From Takakia lepidozioides (lineage: Eukaryota; Plantae; Bryophyta): a stretch of 64,000 nt of DNA. This document shows positions 37,620 to 50,870 of the stretch, one piece after another. Where the stretch lies: NCBI GenBank assembly GCA_030704615.1, contig CM060732.1, positions 29,016,001 to 29,080,000 on the forward strand, given 5' to 3'. The notes beneath the pieces were generated by a model, which was given only the letters and a program-made list of their open reading frames with translations, ran no database searches and had not been told where the DNA came from. Made by a program: the position numbers and the translations under genes. Numbering within the stretch: the stretch's first letter is position 1; each line of letters begins with the position of its first letter.

Positions 37620-40600
37620 TGCTTCGAGAGAGAGATGCTGTGAGACGCATATGCGAGAGAAACAATGAGTGGCAACTCATTAGAAAGAGGAGAAGAGAGG
37701 GTGATTGTGTTTGTTCTGTGTCTTACACATCTGTGTCTTACACAGATTTAGATGGACTTAGTGGCAACAGCGCAAGCGACATTGACAGCATGGGACAGCA
37801 GCATGAGCCAGGCGTGGCGAGAAGAGGAAACAACATGGCACGAGTACGCCCAAAGCCGCCGTGCCGAAGTGTAACCTTCATGAACACACAGCGTGCTCAC
37901 ATGTTTGAGGACGACGAGTTTCGGAAGAGAAAACTAAGGTGATAGCCTGTCTGTATACCTGGAAGATGTTGGGAGTGTGCAACGAGAGCTTGGGGAAGGT
38001 TGTGAATAAGTTTCTTTGACGATTGTGTGCTTGTGTGGATACGAGAGGTTAAGAGAGTGTAAGCTCTCCATGTAGCTATCCCACAATTCGTAATGGGACC
38101 AGTCTGTTTATGATTGCAACCACCAGAAGAAGCGGCCCTATCGACACAGTTCAGAAGGCACTTTGTTCATACACAAGACTTCATACAAGCGTGTTTTGAT
38201 TTACGGTAATTATTTACGAAAAACAGACGTTGAGAAATAGCTGGAGCTCAGAAAGCCACAGCTCTGATTCCCGGGACATGGTGAAATGCGGTGAAACTTG
38301 CAACACATATAAGAACAACGTAAACTAGATATCATGCCTGTGTAGGTCTAACCCCTCATCAGTTTGCACAGCAGTAGAGCTTTCCAACAAAGAAGCGGCA
38401 AGGACTTCACCTGGCCCCATTACATTCAAAACAGACGCGAAGTTGGTGGTTGCATGTGGAGCTTTGAGCTGAAAAGAATGCACAGACTCTATCGAAGTCC
38501 ACTTTGTCAGTCATCTAAACTGTGGTTAAGCAAATCAAAATGAGAGGCAATGCAAATCATTTTGTGTATCTACCTAATATTGGTGAGAGACAAACCATTG
38601 AGAGCCTTCGGAGCTTTGAGTGGGGCTCTCTCCTACAGCAACCTATTGTACCTTTAAATAACAAAGCAATGCATTTTCTGTTATTTTCCCCTCTTTTTTA
38701 GGATCGGGTGCTTCCACAAGACATTGATAACCTACTTTACTTGTGACATTAGCATGGAATAACGTGGTAGGACTCTGGTCCTGTTGTTTTGGTCTTCCAA
38801 GTCCCTAGGATTGCTTTGAATTAGGCCTTGTTATTGTCAATGTTCAAATCAGGTGGAGGGATGAGGACATGGAGCAACGCAACTTGGAAAACGCACGATC
38901 TATTTGGCTTAGGTAAGCATCTTTGCCACCTCTCGCTGAAATCATCATACACATTGCAAGTCTCCCTGCTGCCTTTGCAAGATTTAGTGCTGATCTTCAT
39001 CTTACTATCGCTCTTGCCCACTGCTGGTGCAAGCCCAATATTCACTCCCATTTCACTTTCTTCTTGTCCTGAACCCCCTGTTCTCTTCCATTGTGTTCAA
39101 CCCAAGATCTGCAAAGGGTTCTTGGTCAAAAGACTCGAGCATTGTGGTGCAAGTATAGTTTCTGTTTCGCTAGTTCACTCCTTATCACCTCTCCAACATA
39201 ATTGTTTTCTCTAAAATAAGACGAGGGTGATTACCCTCCTTGGATTCGAACCTTTGTCTTTTCAAATGACTCGAGCAACCACACAGGAAGGGTCACTAAT
39301 TCATTTTCTATTGAAGTTATTAACCTGTGCCAATGCAGATTTGTCAAGAGGAACCGTAGAGATGTTGAGGAGAAGTCAGAACAATTGAAGGCCATCTCCA
39401 ATCTGGCAGCTATTTTTGCTGGCTTTGCAGTTGTCACATTGACGCAGTTCACTCTTATGGATAATTTCTCCAAGGTTTGGTTAGTAGTACTACCTTATTC
39501 TTTCTCCCCTGTTGTCATATAGGGACGGATGCTCGGTTAGGCATGTACTGCATTTCATCCCTGAGAAATGCAAAAAATTAAAACATATGATGGCCATGAC
39601 ATGTTTTTATTTTTGGGAGGAGGAAACAGAAATTCCACAGCGTTGACTAAAGCTTTTTGTGACAGGTATTGATTGGTATATATGGTGTTCTCACTGCTCT
39701 TGTGGTAAGCCCGACCTTCCTCTCCTTTTTCTTTGTTGGCTGGCAAGGAAAGGGCAACTTAAACCTCAATTGCAACCTTTACAAGGCAAGAAATGCTGGC
39801 CCTGGCCCTCTCTCTCATGCCCCCTCTTGCTTTGTTCAAACTGTGCACAGCATCTATGGCTACAAGGCTATGAGAGGAAATTTCTGATGGTAGGCAACTA
39901 ACTCATTAATGTTATCCTTGAATCTAACCTCTCCCGGTGTGCAGGAAGGCTTGATGATAATATCACTGGTCACATGCATACTCATACTTGGGACCATATT
40001 GAAGGTAGGCAAGCTGTATGTGAATGAGGATGCAGAAGAGGAATTCATGTTCGAATGTCGCAACTTTTGTCACAATTATGAGCTTGGCCATCGGCCCCCT
40101 TGCCCCAAGCGTACATTGGGGGCCTTCTGGGAGTTCAGGTTTGTGATAATATTGGGGCCTTGTGGAAGAGTTAAAAAGTGGAAATGTTTCTCAACATGGT
40201 CATCGCTAATCACTTCTAGGAGTTTAGGTGTTTGACAATATAACCATCGAAAAATAGTTATGTGTCTTTGTACTTGTCAACCTTGATCGTGGCAATTTGA
40301 TGTACATGTGTTGAGACTTCAATACTTGCTTATTCCTGGCATGACATGGGTCCATTGACAGATGTGAACCCAGCTGGCAGCAAGCTTTCCTTTGCTTCTC
40401 ATTTGGTGAGGGCTCTATTTTAAACTAGTAAGATGCAGATAGGACGTAATCTTCACTAGCGAATACTGATTCTTTCTCCTTCTCCTTCTCTCCTCCCTGA
40501 TATATCCGTTTGTATGACTTTATCCGAGTTTGCTTGTTGAAGTTGAGATACTCAATACTTTTCAATGAATCTTACAAAGTGTAGATGAGTTTCAGACTGT

Positions 40601-40932
40601 CATATGCTTGTTCCTTTATTGGGCAGAAGGAATTGAACGCACTTAACATTAACGACAATGACATAAGCATGTCGTGTTGTGTCTTGCCTTGCAGGTACTT
40701 CCGCTTTATTGTTATTGGGTATGTGACTTTTTCCCTCCCCTCTCTTTTAAGCGATTCAGACCAGCGACATTAAATTGGAATTCTGCAGTGAAAGTTTTTC
40801 TGAGCCCATAACTTGTAGTGTGATGGATGATTTCTGGGAATCCCAGGGCTGCACCTGCTGAAAAACAGTACCACTGGCCTTGAAAATGTTCATTTTTTTA
40901 CTTGCTTTTAACCAGTGTTTGTGATGATGCAT

Positions 40933-42061
40933 CGGCAAACAAAGTCTTGTGAGTACATTCTCTTCCTTGGCAGAAGAGAGTAGAAGAGATTCTCAAGGAT
41001 CTGAATCTGGACCCGCAAATCTTGACCTTGCTGGATAAATCTGACTTAGAGACTGTAGTGTCCAAAGCCATGTCTGTTACCAGAAAATTGTCTGATGCAA
41101 ATGAAGTTAGGCAGAAAACTTCCCTGAACCTGTTCCAGTCTGTGACATGGGGGAGGATATCATGGATGACCTGGTCTACCCACTCTCAGCACCAGACTGA
41201 AATTTAAACTCAGGGCAGGAAGCCTACCTTTGAACAGTAAACAGAAGCAGAGAGGAAAGGTAGAGTGCAATTGCCCGTTGGTACTCTCACCGGAGAGAAG
41301 CTCTCCTCCAATCTATCAAGAGAATTGTGCCTGTACCTCTGTTTACCAACTTTGAAAGTCTCGAGGCTGAGCCAAAAGCCCAGGCCCTTCTGAGGCCTAG
41401 TTTTGGGCAAATCACACACAGCAGATTGATGCTTGTGTGAAGGGATTTCTAGAGGATATCTGGAAAACCCGAATCAACTCTATGTATAATGGTAAGTCTT
41501 ACTACCAATGTCAGCCCCTGACAGAGGTAGGTTCTGTCCCTCTGGTTTCCGCTCAAACTGGGCGCGGGGTCAATGGCCACAAGGCTACGGCAAACAACGT
41601 CTTATGAGTACATTCTCTTCCTTGGCACTAGACTCAAATTTAACTCGGGGCAGGGAATCCACCTTTGAACAACAAACACATGCAGAGAGGAGAGGGAGAT
41701 TGTCAATGCCCGAGGTTCGGGCAGCCTGAAGACATCCATTTCCTGATACAATGTCCGAGGTATTCTCATCAGAGAGCAATCCTCTTCAGGACCATCAAGA
41801 ACATGTTCCCTGCACCTCTGTTCAGCACCGCTCAGAATCTCAAGACTAAAGCCCTGGCCCTGTTGGGGTCTTGGGCAGCTCACTCACAGCAGATCAATGC
41901 TTGTGTGAAGGGGTTTCTAGAGGAAATCTGGAAAGCCCAAACTAATTTGCTTATATCAGGGTAAGTCCCACTACTGGAGTGGGCCCCTCACAAAGGTAGT
42001 GTCTGTTCCCTCTCGTTCTGCTTAAACTGGGCTGGCGTCTATTGCCACAAGGGTATGTACA
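40933..42061 (+). mobile_element. Stack of three 5'-truncated LINE copies in an ORAI intron
   Basis: 3' ends (GAGTACA/GTACA) at 40957, 41612 and 42061, each followed by TTCTCTT. TTCTCTTCCTTGGCA is duplicated at 40958-40972 and 41613-41627. Confidence 0.85.
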
Positions 42062-42534
42062 TTCTCTTAGTTTGTGGTGTCTGGATTGTTGGCTGTATGT
42101 AGGCATTAAAAGTAATGGTAGTTGATGGTTCTTAGGGTGGAAGCAGGTGGGTGAAGTATTCATCAACATCAGTGGTGACTGCAGGGCTCTTTATATCCAT
42201 CTGCTGCATTGCTATCTTTGTCTGGTGTGTACATATTAATTGCTAGCAAATAGGAAATGGGAACAATTGCTCAGGATTTCGTTTGAAGTTTGCAAACCAA
42301 CTCAAGTGCTGCCATAGGCAGTCTCAGTCTTTGGTTTAGACTGTTGACTATTGCTTCTATCTATGCAACAAGATGATCAGTTGTGGTTATTTTATGGTTT
42401 TACCATCTGCAGGATGATAATACAGTACACATGGGGTACTTACATACGAAAGCGATACATGCTGCACTATCAAGGAAATCAGTGCGGGGACTATGCTGGC
42501 CTCCCTTTCGATTGGTCTCTGGCCCCTGATCAGC

Positions 42535-43434
42535 GTTATTAGACCTGCCTTGGAGTACGGATCTGCAATATGGGTTGATAACTCCAACCAGGCTAAGTCT
42601 CTAGAATCCATTCAAGTGGGGGTGCTTAAGGAGTGTATGTCAGCATGCTCCAAAACAGCCAATGTGGCTGTTCGGGGTGAGTTTGGCATTCCGTCCTTAA
42701 GCTCCCGACGAGATGAATTCAAGGTCAGATGGTGGGGTCAGCTGCAACATATGCCCAACACCAGATATCCTAAGTTAATCGACTCTATATCTTGGAAACA
42801 GGACCGCCCTGTCAAACAGGCTAAGTCCTGGAAGAAGAGAGTAGAAGAGATCCTCAAGGACCTGGACCTGGTCCGCAAGTCTTGACCCTGCTGGATAAAT
42901 CTGACTTAGAGGCTGTAGTGTCCAAAGCCATGTCTGTTGCCATGAGATTGTCTGATGACAATGAAGTTAGGCAGAAAACTTCCCTGAACTTGTTTCCAGT
43001 CAGTGACATGGGGGAGGACATCTTGGATGACCTCAAGGGTCTACCCACTCTCGGCACTAGACTGAAATTTAAACTCAGGGCAGGAAGCCTACCTTTGAAC
43101 AGCAAACAGAAGCAGAGAGGAAAGGGAGAGTGCAACTGCCCGTTGTGTGGGCAATCTGAAGACAGTATTCATTTTCTGATAGACTGTCCGGGGTTCTCTC
43201 ACCAAAGAGACGCTCTCTTCAAATCTATCAAGGGAATTGTGCCTGTACCCCTGTTTACCAACTTTGAAAGTCTCGAGGCTGAGCGAAAAGCCCAGGCCCT
43301 CCTGAGGCCTAGTTTTTGGGCAAATCACATACAGCAGATTGATGCTTGTGTGAAGGGACCCTTTTGTTCCCACTCAAACTGGGCACGGGGTCAATGGCCA
43401 CAAGGCTACGGCAAACAACGTCTTATGAGTACAA
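42535..43434 (+). mobile_element. 5'-truncated LINE copy with 17-bp TSD
   Basis: Near-identical to 27.4-28.35 kb. TSD TCTGGCCCCTGATCAGC at 42518-42534 and 43435-43451. Confidence 0.93.
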
Positions 43435-43810
43435 TCTGGCCCCTGATCAGCAAACCCAAATGCGCGCCTCTCATTGACAAAAGAGCAGGCTGGATTTAGC
43501 TCACCCTGGCTTTGGAAGGCGACACATGCTGCCCTATCAAGGAAATCAGTGTGGGGACTATGCTGGCCTCCCTTTCGATTGGTCTCTGGCCCCTGATCAG
43601 CAAACCCAAATGCGCGCCTCTCATTGACAAAAGAGCAGGCTGGATTTAGTTCACCCTGGCTTGGAAAGCGACACATGCTGCACTATCAAGGAACTCAGTG
43701 CGGGGACTATGCTGGCCTCCCTTGCGATTCTGGCCCCTGATCAAAAAACCCAAATGCGCGCCTCTCATTGACAGAACAGCAGGCTGGATTTCGCTCACCC
43801 TGGCTTTGTC
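43435..43810 (+). repeat. ~150-bp tandem repeat derived from the ORAI terminal exon
   Basis: CATGCTGC(A/C)CTATCAAGGAA(A/C)TCAGTG...CCTCCCTT...TCTGGCCCCTGATCA repeats about 2.5 times and also occurs at 42458-42534. Confidence 0.85.
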
Positions 43811-45154
43811 GACAGCCTGGGTGGCCCACAGATTATCAAGTTAATTACAGATGGGGACTGCACATATACCTTCCAGAATAAGTATTGAAAACAAAGTCCC
43901 GCATGAACTTAACCCAACAACTCCATATACAGTCTGACTGTAGTTTCTCAACAAACTAAAATGGACTTTCAGAAGTTTCGAGGACTTCAGAAAGTCTCTT
44001 TTCCCTGCACCAAGCTCCCAAGGAAGGTGGAATGCATGTGTAACCCTGCAGAAAACTGCAGTACCCTCCTAGTTCCGAGGTTTCTTGTCATCATTCATTC
44101 ATTCAACCTGGTCCATGACTTTCTTTTGATGATCTTGCATTCACCTTATCTTCCTCGGAGCATCTTATTACAGTTCTTGGTTCTTTCCCTAGCACTACAA
44201 CAATAAACTCCCCTTAATGCAGGACTGCAACAGGAGAATGGATAATTTCTATATCTGTTTGGAGACACAAGATAGTTGACAAATCGTAACATTTCTTCAA
44301 AATGAAGCAAGTGCAGGATCAATTTTGTTCGAAGCAAGTATGATTGGAATTCAACAAACAATGTTGATCCAGAATGATCTGATTAAACAAGGACGTGTCT
44401 ACTCCATTGGTGGAGACTAATAACCATGTTGGGGAAGGCTTGTTGGGAGCAGGCCACTTGGGGGACCTTACAAGGCAATTCTGAGGAAGATGAGATCCAA
44501 CATGGGTACCATTCTGTGCTGGAGGAATTCGGTTGAGATGATGGGTATCCATTTAGTACTGTAGGCATTGGTTCTCCACATTCGCAAGAACTTACTTTCT
44601 CACCAGAGGCGTCTGACCACATTTCAGACTTGCAGCCGGAAGCATTGTGGAAATTCGGGAGGATTTACTCAACAATCACTAGGTGCAGTTTTGATTGTCC
44701 AACTCTCGTACTCTGGCGGAATGATCATATGGAAGTTTGAAAGATTGGCCATGGAAATAATGTGGAAACCTTCCCAGCTCCACTTCAGTAGTAAGACCCA
44801 CGAGATGAATTCAGACTATTTCTTATGGCTTGAATACGTAGGTTTCGAATCCACGGAAATTTCTACTTCTCAAAACTCAAGTTATACCTAGGAACCTCGA
44901 GTTGATTGAACTTAACTTACTAGTGCAATCCTGTCGATCACTATCTCTCTCCCCTTGAGCAGGTAGCCCAGTGGTGGGGTATTTGTTCCTTGCCTGTGCA
45001 TTTCCTGGGTGATCCTGGGTTCAATCCTTCAATATGTGCCTCAATCGTCCATTGGCCCCTTGGTGGGCTGTGAGTTGAGCAGTGTAAATTCACTGGACGT
45101 TAAAGAAACTTCTTTATCTTTATCTCTCTCTCTCTCTCGCCCGACTCGTAATCT

Positions 45155-46870
45155 ATGGTCATGGCACTCTCGGTCACGAGTGCATTCAGCAAGCATTCTG
45201 TGTACCTCACGAAGATCCCTGCAGGCCCAGTTCCATCACCGAAGTTGGCTGGCTCACTCGTATTCCTTTCTTCAAAACTTCATTCGAGAATCTTGTCATC
45301 TTCACCCTACCCTGTACAGAATCTCTCAGTGTCTCTCAAATGCTCTGTAACTGCTGACAACAGCGAGCCGTTTGATTCTTCAGCCGATGGTCATAAGCAA
45401 GCCAGCTCATCTCTAGGTGGTGAGAGCTTGGAGCTGCCTATATCCGATAGTGAGGTTGCAAACGTCGTTTCGAATTGTGAACCCGGAATAACGAGTCCGT
45501 CTACAGAGCCACCTTCTACTAAAAACCCATCTTTGAAGACTTCTGGAATCCAACACCCATCTTCAGAGAATGATGGAAATTCAAACCCAGAGCAGGCCAT
45601 CAGTAAGCAAAGCTATGACCCAGCTGGTAACCAAGGTCAACATCCATCGGTGGTCGAGGAGAGTGGGCTAGACAATCAACAGCTGCAATCATCTCTCTCC
45701 GCATTATCACAATCTCTGGCACTACTCTCCGCAACACTTAATGAGGTGTCAGCTGCAGTGCAGCTGGTTGCTAGAGCCGTGGAGTCGAGGACCTCGCCCG
45801 CGAAGGCACCACGCTCTGTACTGGAAAGTAGATTACAAGGACCTGCACGACCGGACATCTCTTCTCCGCCGGAGCCCTGGGACCAGCCAAAGTCTACAAA
45901 TGGTCAGGTACACACATGTTTTCCTCATATTGTGTTGAACGGGGATTATTAATACTACCATGGCCTGTCAGCGCTTATTTAGTGTTATCTTGGAGTTGAT
46001 GCTCCTTCAGTGAGCGTGATTTCGCCATAGGACTGGCAATGAAGATTTTCGGAGTATGCTCCAGGTAAACTTGAATTTCAAGATCTTAACAAGTTTTGAT
46101 GCAATGGACATCTACATATACATTTCTTGATACGCGTATGGCCTTCGGATCAACGACCTCCCACTGCTGTCCGCTCATCGTACTCGCCTCTACAAGAGTG
46201 TCCAATCACTAGACTGTTTGGAAAGGCGTGAGTGTTGATACGTTTTGCTCTTATAAGGAAAGTGATTTTGGCAGGCCTCTGCAAATGTCGTAGAGAGATC
46301 AGGACGACCAGACGACCATGTAATGGAACAATTAGCAGATCAAAATGCAAAAGCTCACAAGCTCGCATACCGCGTGCAGCAAGCTTTTATTCAGGCTCGA
46401 ATTGATGGCCTGGGTAAACCCTTCGAGGTTTTGCTCTCACTTAGTTCATTGATCAATTGCTATCTCCGTTTGTTATTTATTTTCCATCCCCTTCTCTTCC
46501 TTGAGGTTGTTACTTGTTGCTCACGGTTTGTCTTCCTTGCATTCTATGTGATTTGTGGGTTCATTGATAGTGGCCTGTCAGCAACAATTGATCTGCGTGC
46601 AGCACGGAGAGAGGAGAGGTGTATTCATAGACCTTTGCGGGGCATATGGCCATGGATTTTACCCTTCTATGAGAGTCAAGGCAAGCATATATCAAGGGGG
46701 TGGTGGGGTTGCTGGATTTTGTTTTTGCCCAGTATTAGAGTCTGATAAGGAAGGTTGGCGGTTTGGACTGGGTAGCTTGCACTGGAAGACTTTGCATTGA
46801 CGTGTATAGAAGCACATGAGGCTGGTATCGGACTGAAAGAGCTTCAGCTTCAACTTATATTGGCAGAGGG
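45155..46870 (+). CDS. Putative plastid-targeted protein of unknown function, multi-exon, possibly pseudogenised
   Basis: 265-aa Ser-rich ORF with a transit-peptide-like N-terminus. Candidate GT-AG exons at ~46031-46064, ~46275-46427 and from ~46603. In-frame TGA/TAG in the last segment and a phase conflict after exon 1. Confidence 0.5.
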
Positions 46871-49800
46871 AGCCTTGTCTGGTGCATTTGCAGTACACTC
46901 CCTGCGCTCCACCACAGACCCCTTCATGAGAGAGGTGAGCAATTTGAACAGTAGAGAGTTGGTATTAACTTGCTAATCAAGCAGGACCCACTCAAGAGAA
47001 CCAGTAGCAGTTGCTCTGCCAAGATGTCCAGAACACTGCATTGAAATTGTTGTGTTCAAGAAGTTCAAAGCAAATGAGGACTTTTGGGAAGCTTTTGTGT
47101 TGGATTTCATGGCTGGAGAGTAGAGGGAGAGGGAGAACAACAGAAACTGGTGTGATCATAAGAAGGTTTACACAGGATTCTTCTGCTTGCAGGAGGGTAG
47201 GATCCGGTCATCGTGGGTCCGTTTGGTCTACACAACATTGGCTGAGGTAAACCTCTTCATCTTTATTGATATCAGTGGTATGTATGATTTTATGAAGTAT
47301 TCTTTTCATCATTGTAATGGGGGACTGTTTATCATTAGTCTTGAGTTGAGACGTGGGGGTTTCTGACCCACTCAAATCAACTTAAGTGGCCTGATAGTCG
47401 AGATAACTAACAAGGTCTGTTATGGCACCCCCGGAAGGTTGAAGACATGAGTCGGACAACTGACCAAGCCAGCATCTTGGGAGAGAACAAGGAGCAGCCT
47501 GATCCTTCAGACCTATTTGTGAAACAGGTATGCACATAGAGGAGCTTACTCATATAAGGCGCACTGGGTTGCAATCTCCTCTGGCCATGTAACTAACAAA
47601 AAAGTAGGGGGTGGGAATATTACGGAGATAGCATCAAAGGAGCCTATCACTATGGAGTCAGACACCGGGATGTTTGGTGTGAAAGTCATCATCAATCTCA
47701 GGGCTTGGTTTTTGGTTTGAGGAAATGCTTTGTTGGGCTCTAAGCCAGCTCGGAATTCTGACCAATTTACACACAGAAGTGCATTACGGGTTCTAGACCT
47801 TTTTTGTTTCAGAATTATCATGTGACAATGAGCTTGACCTTTGTATGGTTAAAGTCCAGCATTTATTAGCAATCAGAATGCACATATGGGTGATGAGTTT
47901 GCGTGGTACCCTGTGTTAGGTGATAAAGATGGCACAAGAGGGGTTGGATCTTGAACAAGTCAGGTTGGAGCAGGTACAGTCTTTAGCACTCATTTCATAT
48001 AATCAGGTTGATCACTACAGTGGAGTAGCGAGAGTAAGAAGTAGAGTTCTGGGTCCAGGTCTCCAGGAAACCCTTAATCAAGCGTCTGAGCAGGATTTCT
48101 AAAGTTCCTGCATAATTTAGACCCAGGAAGCCCACAGATAACAGCATCGAAGGAAAGTCTTTTGGATTGAGAATCGAAAAGCCCTCTTCTCAGGAGGCCA
48201 ACTGCTTTACTGTATTATGAAGTGGTACTCAGTTAGTCATGACATAAGCATGACATTGATTCCAGGAATACTTGCTGGAGCCCTCGTTCCTTGCCAGAGA
48301 TGTGAAACTGGGATGTGATTGCACTCCTGATTGAAAGTTTAGACAGCCAGAAAAAGATCTGACTTTATGGTTGTCAACCTGCAGATCAAATCAGGACCCA
48401 CAACCTCAGGATCAGTGAAGGCCATGAGACAATGCCACTACTTGATTCTTTTAACGTACGGGAAGGCACTGGAGAGACGGCAATCTTGATTCCAGTGTCA
48501 TGTACAACACTACCTGATAGCTTGGTGTTCTGCTATTCATGTGCAGAACATGTTGTAACATGAGGACATGAGTACATGTTTTGTCCACGAAACATGAAAA
48601 TGCAGGTGCTGGTGGATGACATGCAGTAGATTGCACTGCAGGGTTGTGTGTGATTCCCAGAGGCTGTTGTCACAAAGACTTTCTCAAGTAGTCTCAGGTA
48701 TGGAGACTGTCGTACCATGAATCCCTCCAAAAAGCTGTGATAAGGAACTGGAGCAAATATCAGCGTAGCATTTTAAGCCAGCCCGTAACCATCTCTGTGT
48801 CTGTTTGGAAGCTTGTCAGTGTGTTATTGTCCAGAACTCTCACATCTAGTGTTCTTGCCAAGTTTCCCTGATAAACCTCCCATCCAGAAAATAGGAACAA
48901 TGCAACCGACATTCAAGTTTGGTGGTGCCAACAAGGCAGAAAATTTGGAAACCAGAGAATGTTAGGTGCAAATTTTTTGTCTATTCTACAATTTGGCAGA
49001 TGTCGCTACCTGCATCAAGATGTGAGTTCGAGTATATTCTTCCAGTTTTCATTCTGATATCTATATGGTGGCTCAAGATTCCCAATTTATCAAACTTGTA
49101 AGGCACTTGGTTTAGTCCTTAGTGCATTTTGGTTTCATGTTAATGCATGCATTGCTTTTCTTGGAATATTCTGTCCTCTATCCTTTCCGAATTCCAACTA
49201 CCTGAGCCTCCTCAACCCATTCCCCACACCTAGAGTGGGGCTCATCATCTCACTTGACACATGGGACCAAATAAAGTCCCAATACTTCAAAAATACAAAA
49301 ATGTGAATATAGGAGATAAATCAATATAATATTTTTACTTGGCCCACCCCTGAAAAGAACAGTAACAGTAAGGCGTAGTGGCTCCTAGTTACGTTGGCCC
49401 CGGCCGGAGTATTTTCTTTCTCTCTCTCTCTCTCTAATTTGTTACTAACCATGCATAAACACATGAGAGTCATTTCTTTTATTGGAGAAGGATCTTTACC
49501 TCTGGAAATAGTCCTTAAGAAATAATCCTTAACCCTTAAGCGATGAGAGCTGTTTTCGCTTTAGCTTGTTGGTAAGGTAATTGCAATGTAGGCGGCAGAT
49601 TCTGGGTTTGATTCTTGATGGGAGACTATGGTAGTGGGACCCGGATACGGGTACCCCAATTGGTGTAATCCTCTTGCAGTGTAGCCCAGGTACTGGTATC
49701 CCAATCGGTGTAACCCTATGTAACCCCAGTCTCTCATGTAACTCTTCCTAGTCCATTTTATACTTAGTCAAATTTGGGCTGAGTCAAATTTCGAGATGAA

Positions 49801-50369
49801 CCCTTCACCACATAACCCTTCACCACATAATATTTCATTGCTTTTCATATGGAAAACAGGTATGTGAGCTAGGGGAGGCCACTTCCAAATATTCCGGTAT
49901 TACGTGCAAAACAAATATGGGGTACAATATATTATTGGCAGATAAAATTTATAAAACAATTACAAATAAATATGGGTACCAATAAATCGTGGTTTCAAAT
50001 TTTTAAATTAATGTAGGCTGTGAAATATAGAAGCTTTTTATTTTTATTTTACAACTACCACTAAGGGTCTTGATAAATACCTGGGACACATGTCGTCTAG
50101 TTACTGGTTTATCAGGTGGACTAGACTAGTCATATGTGTACAATTTCTAAGTTCTAGGATGAAAATTGCGAACAAGGGCAGATGTTCATCTAGTTTTTCC
50201 ATATGAGTAGGGTTGCGTGAAGAAACGAGAGAGGGTAACATGTCGTGTGGTGTTGATGCTCTCAGTTTGACACTGAATTTTTTTCTTGGCAGATCGCGTT
50301 CTCTTGTTTTGTGCTTGTAACGGCGTACTTAGGTTTCTCCTGCTCATTGTGGCAACACAACTTGCTTTA

Positions 50370-50454
50370 TGTCGTGCGCATACATATCGCTACACAACTA
50401 CATCGCTGTCCAAACCACACCATACATATATGCACAATAAAGTAGTCTGCCACA
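50370..50454 (-). repeat. 85-bp 3' LTR of the DNMT/PHD gypsy
   Basis: PPT AGGGGGCGAT is followed by TGTGGCAG...GCGCACGACA, homologous to 15078-15162. Confidence 0.75.
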
Positions 50455-50714
50455 ATCGCCCCCTAGCTGGTGGGATAGGTCCCTCTACCTCCAGATAGCT
50501 ACAAGATGTAATAGCCACAGCCGTACTAAGTCCTCTATCACTGTCCCTATTGTACTCAAACTCTATAGACCAAGAGGCCGGGTACAAGAGTAGCCCCATC
50601 GTTAGTCGCCATCTTGCAATCTGTGAACTTGAGCCAGGACCTCGTGTGTTCAAGGTCTCCTAGTAGCTGGGCCTTGCGTTGCTTGTTAGTCTCCCATGGT
50701 TGTATCCACTCCCA

Positions 50715-50870
50715 CTATCCAATGCATTGTGGACATAACCAATCCCCATCTGGAACCATCTCAAGAGGTGGAGTCAAGCACCCCATATGCCAACCTCTAG
50801 AGCATCGATCACACACCAGCATGGTGGCTGCCCCTTTAGCAGACCCACACAACATGCACCTCAAACCTGC
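50715..50870 (-). CDS. PHD finger at the integrase C-terminus
   Basis: CMLC...MLVCDRCSRGWHMGCLTPPL..VPDGDWLCPQC gives the C4-H-C3 pattern. Confidence 0.92.
   Translation of the reverse strand, partial: AGLRCMLCGSAKGAATMLVCDRCSRGWHMGCLTPPLEMVPDGDWLCPQCIG

Larger units (their letters stand above)
38701..43477 (+). pseudogene. ORAI: ORAI (CRAC channel)-like gene, spliced, probably damaged
   Basis: Exons: 38853-38912 (WRDEDMEQRNLENAR); 39339-39474 (EQLKAISNLAAIFAGFAVVTLTQF, TM1-like); 39666-39704 (TM2); ~39945-40138; ~40362-40405 (CEPSWQQAF..F); 40695-40718; 42147-42224 (WVKY, TM4); from 42413 (GLPFDW). There are stops in a putative upstream exon, a phase conflict at the TM3 exon, and a LINE in the last exon. 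Confidence 0.75.

Noticed and set aside
43900-44900. Possible old L1-like LINE remnant
   Set aside because: No diagnostic motif could be read with confidence.
47000-49200. Possible degenerate retroelement coding sequence
   Set aside because: Only short ORFs with no recognisable motifs.
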